A stretch of 59,421 nucleotides of DNA, filler included, from Dimargaris cristalligena (lineage: Eukaryota), in assembly GCA_003614675.1 (NCBI GenBank). It is 4 parts of 4 records of this genome, joined end to end, with 100 filler letters (N's around TTAATTAATTAA, not from the genome) between each part and the next. Parts side by side here need not be neighbours in the genome. Positions count along the whole stretch, not along the records: positions 44,649 to 59,421 come from ML002934.1; 3 more parts are not named here. The stretch is one strand, 5' to 3'. This document shows positions 49,339 through 59,421 of the stretch, piece after piece (position 1 is the first letter of the stretch; every line of letters starts with the position of its first letter). The notes beneath the pieces were generated by a model, which saw only the letters and a list, made by a program, of their open reading frames with translations, did no database searches and was not told the DNA's origin. Both the position numbers and the translations under genes were made by a program.

Positions 49339-52300
49339 AATAATGTCTATTGTGAAATAATGGTAAATGGATATACGTCTATGCAGGTGGTGCAATGCTT
49401 GGTTTCAGATAAAGCGATTCGGCCTGAAGAATACGTAAATATATTCCAACAACCAGCGAAAATATATAGCGGCAGTGGGCAGCTAGAAAAAAAAGGGTGA
49501 AACTCAATGTGGTCTATAGGATTCCAGAGAGAAAAAAAGTCGGTATTAGTGTAGAGTGAAATAAATCATTAAATAGTCCACGTAATGGTACCGCGGCTGG
49601 GGATATGTACATGTAAAAAGGAGTGATAAAAGCAGGGAAGCCAACCAGAAAAGGCCCGGTCGGGATAATTAACAATGAAAAAAGGGAAGCAAGCGTCGGT
49701 TGAATTCACTCATAGGGATAGCTACGAGGGAAGTCCGACCATGAGGGTTTTTATAGTCGATAGGAGCGAGCGTAAGAGAAGAAGGGGAAACAGGTCATCC
49801 GGTTTGTTACGTGGACCGCCCCCACTATATCCCCGTACTCCTCTCCTTTGAGTTACCCTCCAATCGTACTAGTGGCTTTCGTGGTAGGGGGGATTATAGG
49901 AGCCCTATAGTACTATAATTGGCGGTAATAGTTTTGCCTTAGACTGATACGACTGTTACAGGGGCGAGTCAGAGGATAGGAGTATGAAAGGGGCGGTGGC
50001 AAGAAAAAGAAAAAAATAGAAGGGGGGAGAGACGAGGCAGGACGGGACGATACATAAGCCGCCGTTGTGCAACCGTCCAAAAGTTGGTGCGCTAGTGACA
50101 GCCATTAATCGGCTTCGGTGGGTCGTTCCTGAGCTTCGTCAGGCCAGCCAATCGCGCCGAGTTGGAAGCCTTACTCGTAACCCTTGCGACCCGTCGAGGT
50201 TTAGTTCATAGGCCGGTTCCCTCCGCTGGTGAACATATTGGAATACCTTGGTGACCACCATGCCTTTATATATATATATAATTCCCGTATCTCGATCATG
50301 GGCAGCGGGCAGACCGTTTATTTATCCTGTTAACATATGACTAGGAGTATTGTAATGACCTGTATAAAATAATCACTTTAACGTACATTCTAACGCAATT
50401 TTTTTCACAAGACCCACCTCCCCTCCCCCTCGCTTGGTTGTTGGGGAAGATGTCATATATGGGGCATTCCAGTCCCTTCTAATCTTAGTCGCCTGGCGCG
50501 CGAGTTACATTTGGAATTTTTGGAGGGAGAGTAGGGAAGCCAACTCCCTCCTCCCCTCCTTTTATTTTTATATTTTATTTGGCCCATTTCGTGGTAGAGA
50601 CCTATACTAAGGGTTGCCGGTAGATTTTCCTAAAATTTCAACCGTTAAGGCTCATTGTATTATTATTCTTTGGTGTCCCGATTTGGCAGGAATAAATGGA
50701 AGCGAGGGATATGACAGTGGCTGGACCGACACGGCCCCAACTGCACCAGGAAATGAATGGACTGTCAGCCACTGCAGTCTCACACGCCTCGACGCAATTG
50801 GGAAGCGCTGGGCAATAGCTATTTTGGGCCCAGTAATTAAATTTCTTACCGAATGCGCCCTTTTAGTACATCATGGTGCTTCCGCACCGACTCCCCCGTG
50901 ATCGTGATTTGCGCACATTGGCGATCGCCTAAAGCACCGTCATTTGATTACTATACAGAGACGGTATAGTCGTCCAGCATGGGTGGATTGGCCATTTGAT
51001 TATAGTTTTAATATACTGTCAAGTAATGGCAGAGGTATTAAGAATCGTGACTTACGTGACATGTTAGCCCTTGTATATTAAAGCGTTTCCCGAATGAGTC
51101 GCACCAGGCCCAACATTGGAATACATTCTAGGCCGCCGTTTTTCATGAATTTACTAATTCATCATAGATATAATCATACTATTTAGTGATACACTGTGTT
51201 TGTTTTACACCAGTGGGTCTACCCCCTCGTAGACTACAGTACGCATAAGAATTATCTGCGAATTGGGCGGATATGTTATACATTAACCAAGGCGGAGTCC
51301 GTCCCGGTGAAAGAACTGATATATATTATTGTGTACACCTCAACAGAGACTTGGGTCTCTTTCTAGGAAGGGAGTGCAACCTATTAAAACATGGGGGATA
51401 GTGGGAGGAGTAGGAGTAGGAGCAGGAGCAGGAGGGACACATTCGATGTGAAACGACTTATGCGTCACCAACCCCAACGTGGTAGTATTACCCACTACAC
51501 TTACTGCAACGCCCACCTAAAAAGAACTACGTTGTGGTTCCCAAGTGGACTAGACTAGTGTGACTGTACCCCTTTTACGGGGCACGAATGGTATGCCTTT
51601 GGCGTGGTGTTAACGAGCCAGTGAATGGTCTAGAAGATGGGAGAGGGGGGAGGAGGATAAAGTTTCGTCGCCACTATTAACCTTAATGCCTTTAAGGCGT
51701 CCCGACCACACTCACTGTGGTAAAAATGGCAATAGATGTCTGGCATCCTGAACTCGCTGCCCCCGATGACCCACGACGATACGACCGGTCTCGAAGATGA
51801 ACACCGCCACATCTGCCGTTGGTTTTGGTAATTACAGTTTGGCAATTTACTAGGAAGACAATGATCGTTCCATTTAACACAGGCCGCGTTGAAAACGGTT
51901 AATTTAGCCTTAGCAGATAAGTGGCAATGGCTTGCCAAAGTCACAGGTTCCTTTTAGTCGATCACGGGGGATCTAAGGCCGAAACTCCCCCGTTTTTTAC
52001 CTTCTCTTGTTTAGGGAGTTGGAGGCGGAAGGGAAAGGGGATGGGGTTTTGGATTATTCCCAAGGTGATTCCATATAGGTGCCCAAAAGTAATACCAGCG
52101 GATGTAATTGCGAGCAGACATGCCAGATGAGATGGGCGCTTTGCGGGGCTAGGCTGGGAAGGGAGGGGGCGACACAGCAGCATCTTGGGCGCCCATCCCC
52201 CCACAGTCAACGTGTACCCCCACACCCCCCAATCCGTGTACCCCAGAGCTGGCTGGCGGTGTCTCCTATCATTGGCCTTCCTTCACGGATACTTTCTGTC

Positions 52301-53362
52301 TCCGCTTTGCTCTCGCTCGGACGCCCATTAGAAGGTAAATAGGAATAATGATTTAGATAGATCAGCCGGCCGACCAACTGACCTACTTTGCCCCATCGGG
52401 CTTACATGGACGCCTAGTTTGCTGCCCCCCCCCACTTCCCGCCTCTCATTCACTCAAACCGTTTTCCGAAAATAAACTGTACCCTCCTAGTGGTCCCTCG
52501 CACTGGAATTATACAATGTGGAATCCCCGATGGAGTAACCATCAGGGCTCCGTCTTAGTTTAAGGATAGATTAAGAGAGGGTCAGCACTGTGGCGAAGAG
52601 GCTGGGAATATTTCCGACTAAAGGGAGGTAGGTAGGTAGGGGAAGAACTACACTTCCCCTCCACCCTCTCTCTCTCTCTTTTGTTGCCCATTATGTCACA
52701 GGTGTGTTGATCTTAGTTCTGGTCGGGAATATACATCCCGCTAGTCAACTAATTAAACCACCCACCCTCCCCCTTTAACCAATTAAATTATAAGTACTAC
52801 CTGATGTGGGGTTACACGGCCCTCCCGGATGTGGGGGAAGTTGAGTTAGCCGCCGTCTTAAACTTGGGCGATACACCGATCCCTTGTATTTCCTGCCCTT
52901 TCTTGCCCACTTCCGCTATATCAGCGATAGGAAGGTAAGCAGCAGGCTAACATTCCCTATAGGGAAACATTCGGGTCGATTTGGGCGTATCGGTCTAAAA
53001 CTTGGTATGTACTGGAAATGGCAAAATAGACAAGGCGTGTGCTGTTTTTAGTCCGTAAAAGCCCAGCAATCCGGCTACCGAAGTTCCCGGCACAAAGCTG
53101 GGTTATGCTTATCCCGTGGGGACTACTAATTCGGGTACATCCTATCCGGTCGACAATGTAAGTGTTGCCTCTAGACACATGCTTATTTCACGCCACGGTG
53201 CTCAGCCAGCCATCCTGTGGAACTAACCCTACCATTGCCAACAAGGACTCGAAAATACCATGCTTGGGGGGGATATGGCGTGGCACGGCATTGATTTAAC
53301 CTCCCCTTTCGGGTATGTTATGGGTTGAATGGAAGGGCAGCCAGATAAACTTAGTTGACCCA

Positions 53363-53384
53363 CCCCCCCCCCCCCCCCCCCCCC
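53363..53384 (+). repeat. Poly-C tract (C22)
   Basis: Read directly in the long intergenic region. Confidence 0.9.
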
Positions 53385-54575
53385 TACCCTATTGCCGATT
53401 TCCGACTTTAGTCCATTTGAGCGGCCTGGCCGGGGCCGGATAAGACCCCCCAAACAAATACAATGAAAACATACCCTAAACATGGATATATGAACCAAAT
53501 TAAGTCAAGGCAAGGTAAAGCAAACCAACCCCGAACAATAGATTGGTATTGTGGTTACAGTGCCCCAGAGGTACTGCTTTACAAATGTAACTAGAATGTG
53601 GGACGTGGTAATACTATCCCTAACCAGCCATCACTAACTCTAATTCTCATCCATCCCATATCCGGCCCATTTCCTTCAGCATCATCCCCCCCCCCCAACT
53701 TCCTCAACTGCTAATAATCATAATAAAAATAGGGACCAAGCATCTGTCATTGTCCTTGCTTAAGTAACGGGGTTGTGGGCGCTTTTACTAGTTAATGGTA
53801 CTTATTGGTATCTATATTCATTTCTACTGTCTGGCTAAGGTGTCTGTACCACCCATACTGCACTCAATTATAACAACGATAGGATAATGGCTAACCAAGG
53901 GGAACAGTCGCTAACAACTGTCGTTTGGGAAGTGATATCAATAAACCAGTGTGAATAATCCCCTGCCGTTGAACTATCCAAAATTCCGGAGCGTTAGATA
54001 TTCCGAAAGGGGGGGGTCAATGAATCCAACAATTTAGCCAACTAGGGATGTAGGATGTATAATGTTAGAGTGAATTGTTATTACGTTAGGTAGGCACTAA
54101 GATGTCGTGAGTGTATGAGCCAAGTTAAACTCCATGGAATCGGATGGACAGTCAGCTAGGTGGTACTAATTATATTATACATCTTATACCTTAAACAATG
54201 TATTAGCATTTCTCTGTTTGGAAGCTATGGAGTACTGTTTCACCATTTGCCTTATTCCACTATATTATTCCACTTTTAGGGGAGGGGGAGTGTATCGGAG
54301 ACCGGCCAAGGTATATTCCGACTATCCCATTATTTTTATTGCTGTTCATGTAAATACACCCGAGGGAGACATAGAACCGAGCCCACATACGAAAAGTATA
54401 TTAAAGTCAAGTCATTTTACAATGGACACGAAAAGATGAGTGGTGTTACAAAAAGAGCCGAGCGGCCACGGCGAGCAAGATACGCAGGCCACCACCTCCA
54501 CCCTCTCCCCACATTGATGTTTAGCTGCTAGGTGTATTCCATACAGCCTAGCGGATAATCACTATTACGAGCTCG

Positions 54576-55283
54576 TTAACGCCCGATGTATTTCGCCCAT
54601 AAATCCCAATGGTAAGCGGCCCCCACGATCAAAAGATTGGCCACCATGGCCACATTATCGGCCATAAAAACGCCGTACACCCAAATGGTCATCAACCCGG
54701 GGCACTGTTGCATAATCCCAATGGCGGGCGAATGCAAGTTTAGGTGAATAAAGTAGCACCCCGCGGCGGTAGATACGAACCATTGGAAGGCCTTCATCCA
54801 CACCTGGTGACGGTGGAGATACGTGGCGTAGATATAGGCGAGTAAGACGGGGTAGGCCTTGAGAACCTTGAGGCCAAGTTCAGCCAGGGTCCAATCGGAT
54901 CCGAATTGCTGCTGGACCAGCACCTCGAACGTCATGAAGACCATGATGGCCGGGAAACTGTAGAGTAGCGCAACGACGCCGGGCATTTCGTTGCCAATGG
55001 CATCGAAGTCCACGTCACCCTCGCCGCCCTCCCCCTCTTCTTCGTCGCTGTCGCCGTCGTGGTCGTCCGGGGTGCGCACTTCCTCGGCGAGGTCCTCGGC
55101 ATTGATGAAGCGGGCGGCCTTGGGGTTTGGGGTAGTGGCCGTGGGGATCTTGCCGAGAATACCGGAGTTTTCGATAATGCGGAGCTTCTCCTGCTGCGAG
55201 ATGTCGTCGAGTTCTTCGAATTTGCCGTCGGCGGCAACATCGGCCGACGTTGACCGGGATTGGCGTTTCCGTGGGGTAGGCAT
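54576..55283 (-). CDS. Uncharacterised fungal multi-pass membrane protein
   Basis: 235-aa ORF with biased codon usage. Acidic N-terminal half (ISQQEKLRIIENSGIL) followed by about 4-5 hydrophobic segments. Function not recognised. Confidence 0.75.
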   Translation of the reverse strand: MPTPRKRQSRSTSADVAADGKFEELDDISQQEKLRIIENSGILGKIPTATTPNPKAARFINAEDLAEEVRTPDDHDGDSDEEEGEGGEGDVDFDAIGNEMPGVVALLYSFPAIMVFMTFEVLVQQQFGSDWTLAELGLKVLKAYPVLLAYIYATYLHRHQVWMKAFQWFVSTAAGCYFIHLNLHSPAIGIMQQCPGLMTIWVYGVFMADNVAMVANLLIVGAAYHWDLWAKYIGR

Positions 55284-55826
55284 GGTACTGAAAAACGGCG
55301 GTCGGGATAGAGGAAAGTGAAGTGCTAAAGAAAAAAAGAAAGATGCCTCAGGATGCTATGGGTTTAGAAGGGTAAGTAGGTAAATGTGTGTAATATTATG
55401 TATATAAAAAACAAACTGGCAACTAGCCAATTAGAGAAGGGCAGGTTGGTGAACAAGGTGGGCGGAGAACAATACGCAAATGTGCCATGAGCCGAACGGT
55501 CCAGTGAACAGAAGGATGAGGAGGCCCTATCCTTCTTCTTGGGAGCCTGCCCGTAAGCCTTGAATGGGAAGACTTGCAGTCAGAAAAGGACTTGCCTCTT
55601 TCCCTAGCAAAACCCAGCCAATGCGCTGGACTGTCTGCTAGAGGGGGCAGTAGGACAATGTCGACTGCATGAGTTGAGTCACATATACTATTCACCTATA
55701 TAGCTACAGAACCATGTAAAAATCTCTTAAACCAGCTATACAAATCCCCAGCATCTTCCCTAAACTATTCACCTACCTCTCCATTATCCCTTTTTTTAAT
55801 AGTGAATTGTAATATAACTCTTACCC

Positions 55827-58195
55827 ATGGAACTCGTCCGTTGTGCCCGACCTCACTGGCGCTGGACTGGTGTTACCGGTTCTTTTCGAGGGGGCGGACC
55901 ACGAGGCCTGCTAACTGGAAGAAGTAGGGGCTTCCTCCTCCCCACTGACGTCACATGGACCTTAGTCACCACCACCAATCGCCTATTCGGGCCTATTCCG
56001 CTTGACCGACTGCGATCCACCGTTTCGGCACTCCACCGGTTCCACACCCTTCCCCTACAGAGACAAATTGACGACCCAACTATACCACCGGAAAATCGGT
56101 GGAGTCTAACGTCAGAGCTCCCCGATAAGCTACCCGTACAGGTCCAGGAGAAGGTCGACCAACCGCTTTCGACTGAGACCGAAACAGGTAAGACTTGCCT
56201 GCGCTTTAGAGGTTGGTTTGATCAGAGCAGCCCCAGTACATCCCTCCCCGCTTAGCCCACACCTACCATTAACCATTGTACCCCTATTGCAATGAAGCAT
56301 ACAGCGGTGATCAGCAATCCCAACTTAAGATGAGCTGATGATCAAACTTAATAGTCCTGTGATATAACGTACTAAGCAGTAACATGGTTTTGACCTAATC
56401 TCCACCTTGATGTGTACGGGTTCGAATGCCATTCTTAAACACATTTTTTGCATAAATATATATATACAATCCCTTGGCTTTGTTCTGCTACTCGATCCTT
56501 TGGAAAGACGAACCAGGCGTTATTGTTCGCCATTACAACGGGAAGTCCCGGTAAGTTACCGATCCCTTCAGTAAGCCCATCTCCCACAGGGCCAATCATT
56601 TTAGAGCCCAGTCAGTAACTATGCCTCAAAATGGGTTAGACATTAACCGCCTGGAATTGGGTAATTGTACTCCACCATCTCCTCCCAATATACTTAGATC
56701 AAATCACAAATACTTAAAGTGGCTAGGTCCACCCCGCACGGCCCTTATCATTAAGAAACCCAAAGACCACGGAACCAACTTGGCGCTGATCGAAATGGCC
56801 CGATGGATCAAAGACAATCACCCGCAGTTGAATGTGGTATTAGAGCGGGGTGTGTGCGAGTCGTTGGCCCACGAACTGCCAGGCGTATATGTCATCCCAG
56901 AAGGTAGGTAGCAGTATACTTTGGGGTTGTGCGTCTTCTATAATCCGAAACTACAATTATTATTGTGACGAATAGTGGTGAATATCATATTAAGATTGGA
57001 AATACATCCCTACCGCCATACCTAATATAGCCAAATGCAAATGCAAATGCAACTGTACCTTTAACCATACCCCCACCCCTATGTTATTCCGCCTCCGTGT
57101 CATCCTCCCCAGGGCAAGTGGAAGAATACACCCGGGTCGTCGATTTCGTCATTACCCTAGGCGGCGACGGTACTGTGCTCCATTTGGCTTCCCTTTTCCC
57201 ACGCGAGATGCCGCCGATTGTATCATTTTCGATGGGTACCCTGGGCTTCCTTTTGCCCTTTCACGTGGACCATTTCCGGCCAGTGCTCACTCGGCTCCTC
57301 CAGGGCGCAGACATCACCATGCTCTTGCGGATGCGGCTGGTCTGTTCGATGCACCAGGCCGACGGCACACCGATTATTCCACCGACCGAAGAAGTCGAAG
57401 CGGAACCCACCACCACCACCCACCCCAGTCCGAAAACGAAGGAGGGGGGGGGGCTTTAGCCATCCCCTCCGACCATCCCCCCCACCATGTAATCATGAAT
57501 GAAGTGCATGTCCACCGCGGTCGGTTCCCCCACCTCACCTCCATCGACTGTTTCGTCGACCAGGAATTTCTGACCAACGCCGTCGCCGATGGTTTGATCG
57601 TCGGTACCCCCACGGGATCCACTGCCTACTCCCTGTCAGCCGGGGGCCCCATTGTTCATCCGGCCCTGGATAGTCTATTACTCACCCCCATCTGCCCCCG
57701 TTCCCTCTCCTTCCGCACCATCCTGCTGCCCCCGTATTCCGTCGTGCAACTTAAGATTACGGCCGCTAGTCGAGGTACAGCTGATGTTTCCCTGGACGGC
57801 CGGGAGGTAGCGACGCTTCAAGTAGGCCAATATTTAGAGGTAAGCTAAATTCCAATACCACGTTGATGATGATCATTATACTTGGGAAAAAGGATGACCT
57901 AAAAGATTAATGGAAGAGATTGGCCTAATTAGATGAATATCGTGATTGTACGCGAAGTTATATATCGAAATGGTTCATTTGGTCATTCAATTCTTCAGAT
58001 CACTAATATCGGCTATATATATGTATATTCACATGTATAATCTAGGTACGAGCCTCCCAATATCCAGTGCCATGTGTCAACCGGGTCGGCCATAACGTGG
58101 ACTGGGCCCGCGACTTAAACGGTCTTCTCAAATTTAACCAAAATTTTGAAAACAAACAGCAATTGCTCCAAAATCTGGACGGCGACTGGTCCTGA
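55827..58195 (+). CDS. POS5: Mitochondrial NADH/NAD kinase (Pos5-like), with an apparent frameshift at a G10 run
   Basis: Exons 55827-56187, 56508-56550, 56698-56903, 57113-57839 and 58046-58195. Arg-rich presequence, ITLGGDGT, SFSMGTLGFL, MNEV, ADGLIVGTPTGSTAYSLSAGGPI and TPICPRSLSFR. The frame switches at 57444-57453. Confidence 0.9.
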
Positions 58196-59068
58196 ACTAT
58201 CGACGACCCGATATATTTTCCTGGTACCTTTTACAATGAGTTCTATAGAGATCGCCGCCTCTCCCTCCCCCCAACCTGCGGATTTTCCGGAGTCTCATCC
58301 ATTAAAATGATGCCAATGTAGTAGACCCCCTTTAAAAATGTACTTTTTGAGTTTTGCGTTGCCCTAAGGCTTCGGTGTTTTTATGTATACAACTATAGTA
58401 AATAAATAATAATACACTTGCATAGCACTGCCATTGCATGATATTTTATTCGATTTTTTTAGAGAGAGAGAGAAAGAGAGAGAGGTGCCATAATTTAACG
58501 TGGGGTGGCCTCCAGATTGACACTAAGGCTACCGTCGCGTTGCTCATTAATATTACAAATGGGTATTTTATAATAGAACATACCTCATATATAAAGATAA
58601 ATTTTATAGGGTGGGGGTGTTTTATGGTTGCGTGGGTGCAATAATGAGGAATGTGTAAGGTCGTAACAACGGGATACTTCGAAACCTTAGTTAGTCACAA
58701 GGAGGTGACTTTTCAGGATCCCGTGGATATATATATATATATATTTTTAAAAAAAGAAATGCCTAATACAAGAGACCATTCTCGAACCTGCCCACTCACA
58801 GATGATTAGGTACTACTGGTTCAGGGAATAGACGCGTCATAATAGATTTCATTTTTGGAACTGAGTTGAAATTATAATACGTGTGGGAATAAAAGCGGGG
58901 TTAGGTGACGACGGACGGGGTGAAGGTAGTTTACCTACCCACTAAGCAACGAAGCAGGCCTAAGAGGAGAGTACACCATTAAGGATGCTGAATTCTAGAT
59001 AGTAGTATAGTATAGCCAAACAATGTGTCAAAAAATAGGAGAGCCATGGTTCCAGTGCATAGCTAGCC

Positions 59069-59421
59069 TTAAGCCATTGAGTAAGTCGGAAAGGTATCTC
59101 CGCCTTCACTCGTTTCGTACGCCAATTCGAGTTTCTGGTAGGGACAGGAAAACGCATCGCAGTAGAACCCCTGAATCGACCCATCAACTCGGGACATACA
59201 AATATAATAGAAGCCCGAAATGGTGAGCCCGTGGTGACTGCTGCCGCTCTCTTGCGATTGTAACAACGAGCGGTCACGATGGTGCTGGTAATCCGCCTCG
59301 TCAACAAAAAACCGTTCCTTCCACCGCATCAAAATATACTCCTGTTGGATCCGGTTGATCATATGGGGGGCGATATTCTCCAGGGGTTGGTTTTTGTAGA
59401 CGCGCTTTTATTCCAATTGGC
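59069..59421 (-). CDS. GID4: GID/CTLH E3 ligase substrate receptor Gid4/Vid24 family, C-terminal part (5'-truncated)
   Basis: YILMRWKERFFV, LTISGFYYICM, GSIQGFY.D and PYQKLEL are Vid24/Gid4 family motifs. Confidence 0.85.

Noticed and set aside
56419..56432. GGTTCGAAT B-box/T-loop-like motifs here and near 31400 and 58785
   Set aside because: No cloverleaf or matching acceptor stem could be built, so they are not called as tRNA.

Overview
Eukaryotic, intron-containing fungal genomic DNA. The gene content (DHTKD1-type E1, ABCA transporter, FAM133-like, MINPP1-like, secreted 3D-domain protein) and GC-rich third codon positions suggest an early-diverging lineage, possibly Zoopagomycota such as Dimargaris; the taxon is inference only. 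The window is not one locus. It is four contigs (14793, 14781, 14774 and 14773 bp) joined in decreasing size order by identical N44-TTAATTAATTAA-N44 spacers. Contig 1 carries DHTKD1-like (partial), COG5, MIP1/POLG, a secreted 3D-domain protein and an LTR-like relic. Contig 2 carries a 5'-truncated coiled-coil gene with a MITE, VPS4, YME1, KRR1 and DUT1. Contig 3 carries an ABCA N-terminus, RBG1/DRG1, the OST4 microprotein, CCT3, a FAM133-like RS protein, an orphan secreted protein, a second MITE copy and LTR-like repeats. Contig 4 carries a TANGO2 C-terminus, TAD2, a MINPP1-like phosphatase, a membrane protein, POS5 (frameshifted at a G10 run) and a GID4 C-terminus. I recognised no rRNA, tRNA or CRISPR array, and I cannot demonstrate a new multi-gene system. 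The best leads are the secreted bacterial-type 3D-domain protein, CpG-erased/TpA-rich LTR-like repeats suggesting methylation- or RIP-like hypermutation, a two-copy MITE family, and a histidine phosphatase lacking its usual proton donor. All exon boundaries were read by eye from GT..AG sites and frame continuity.
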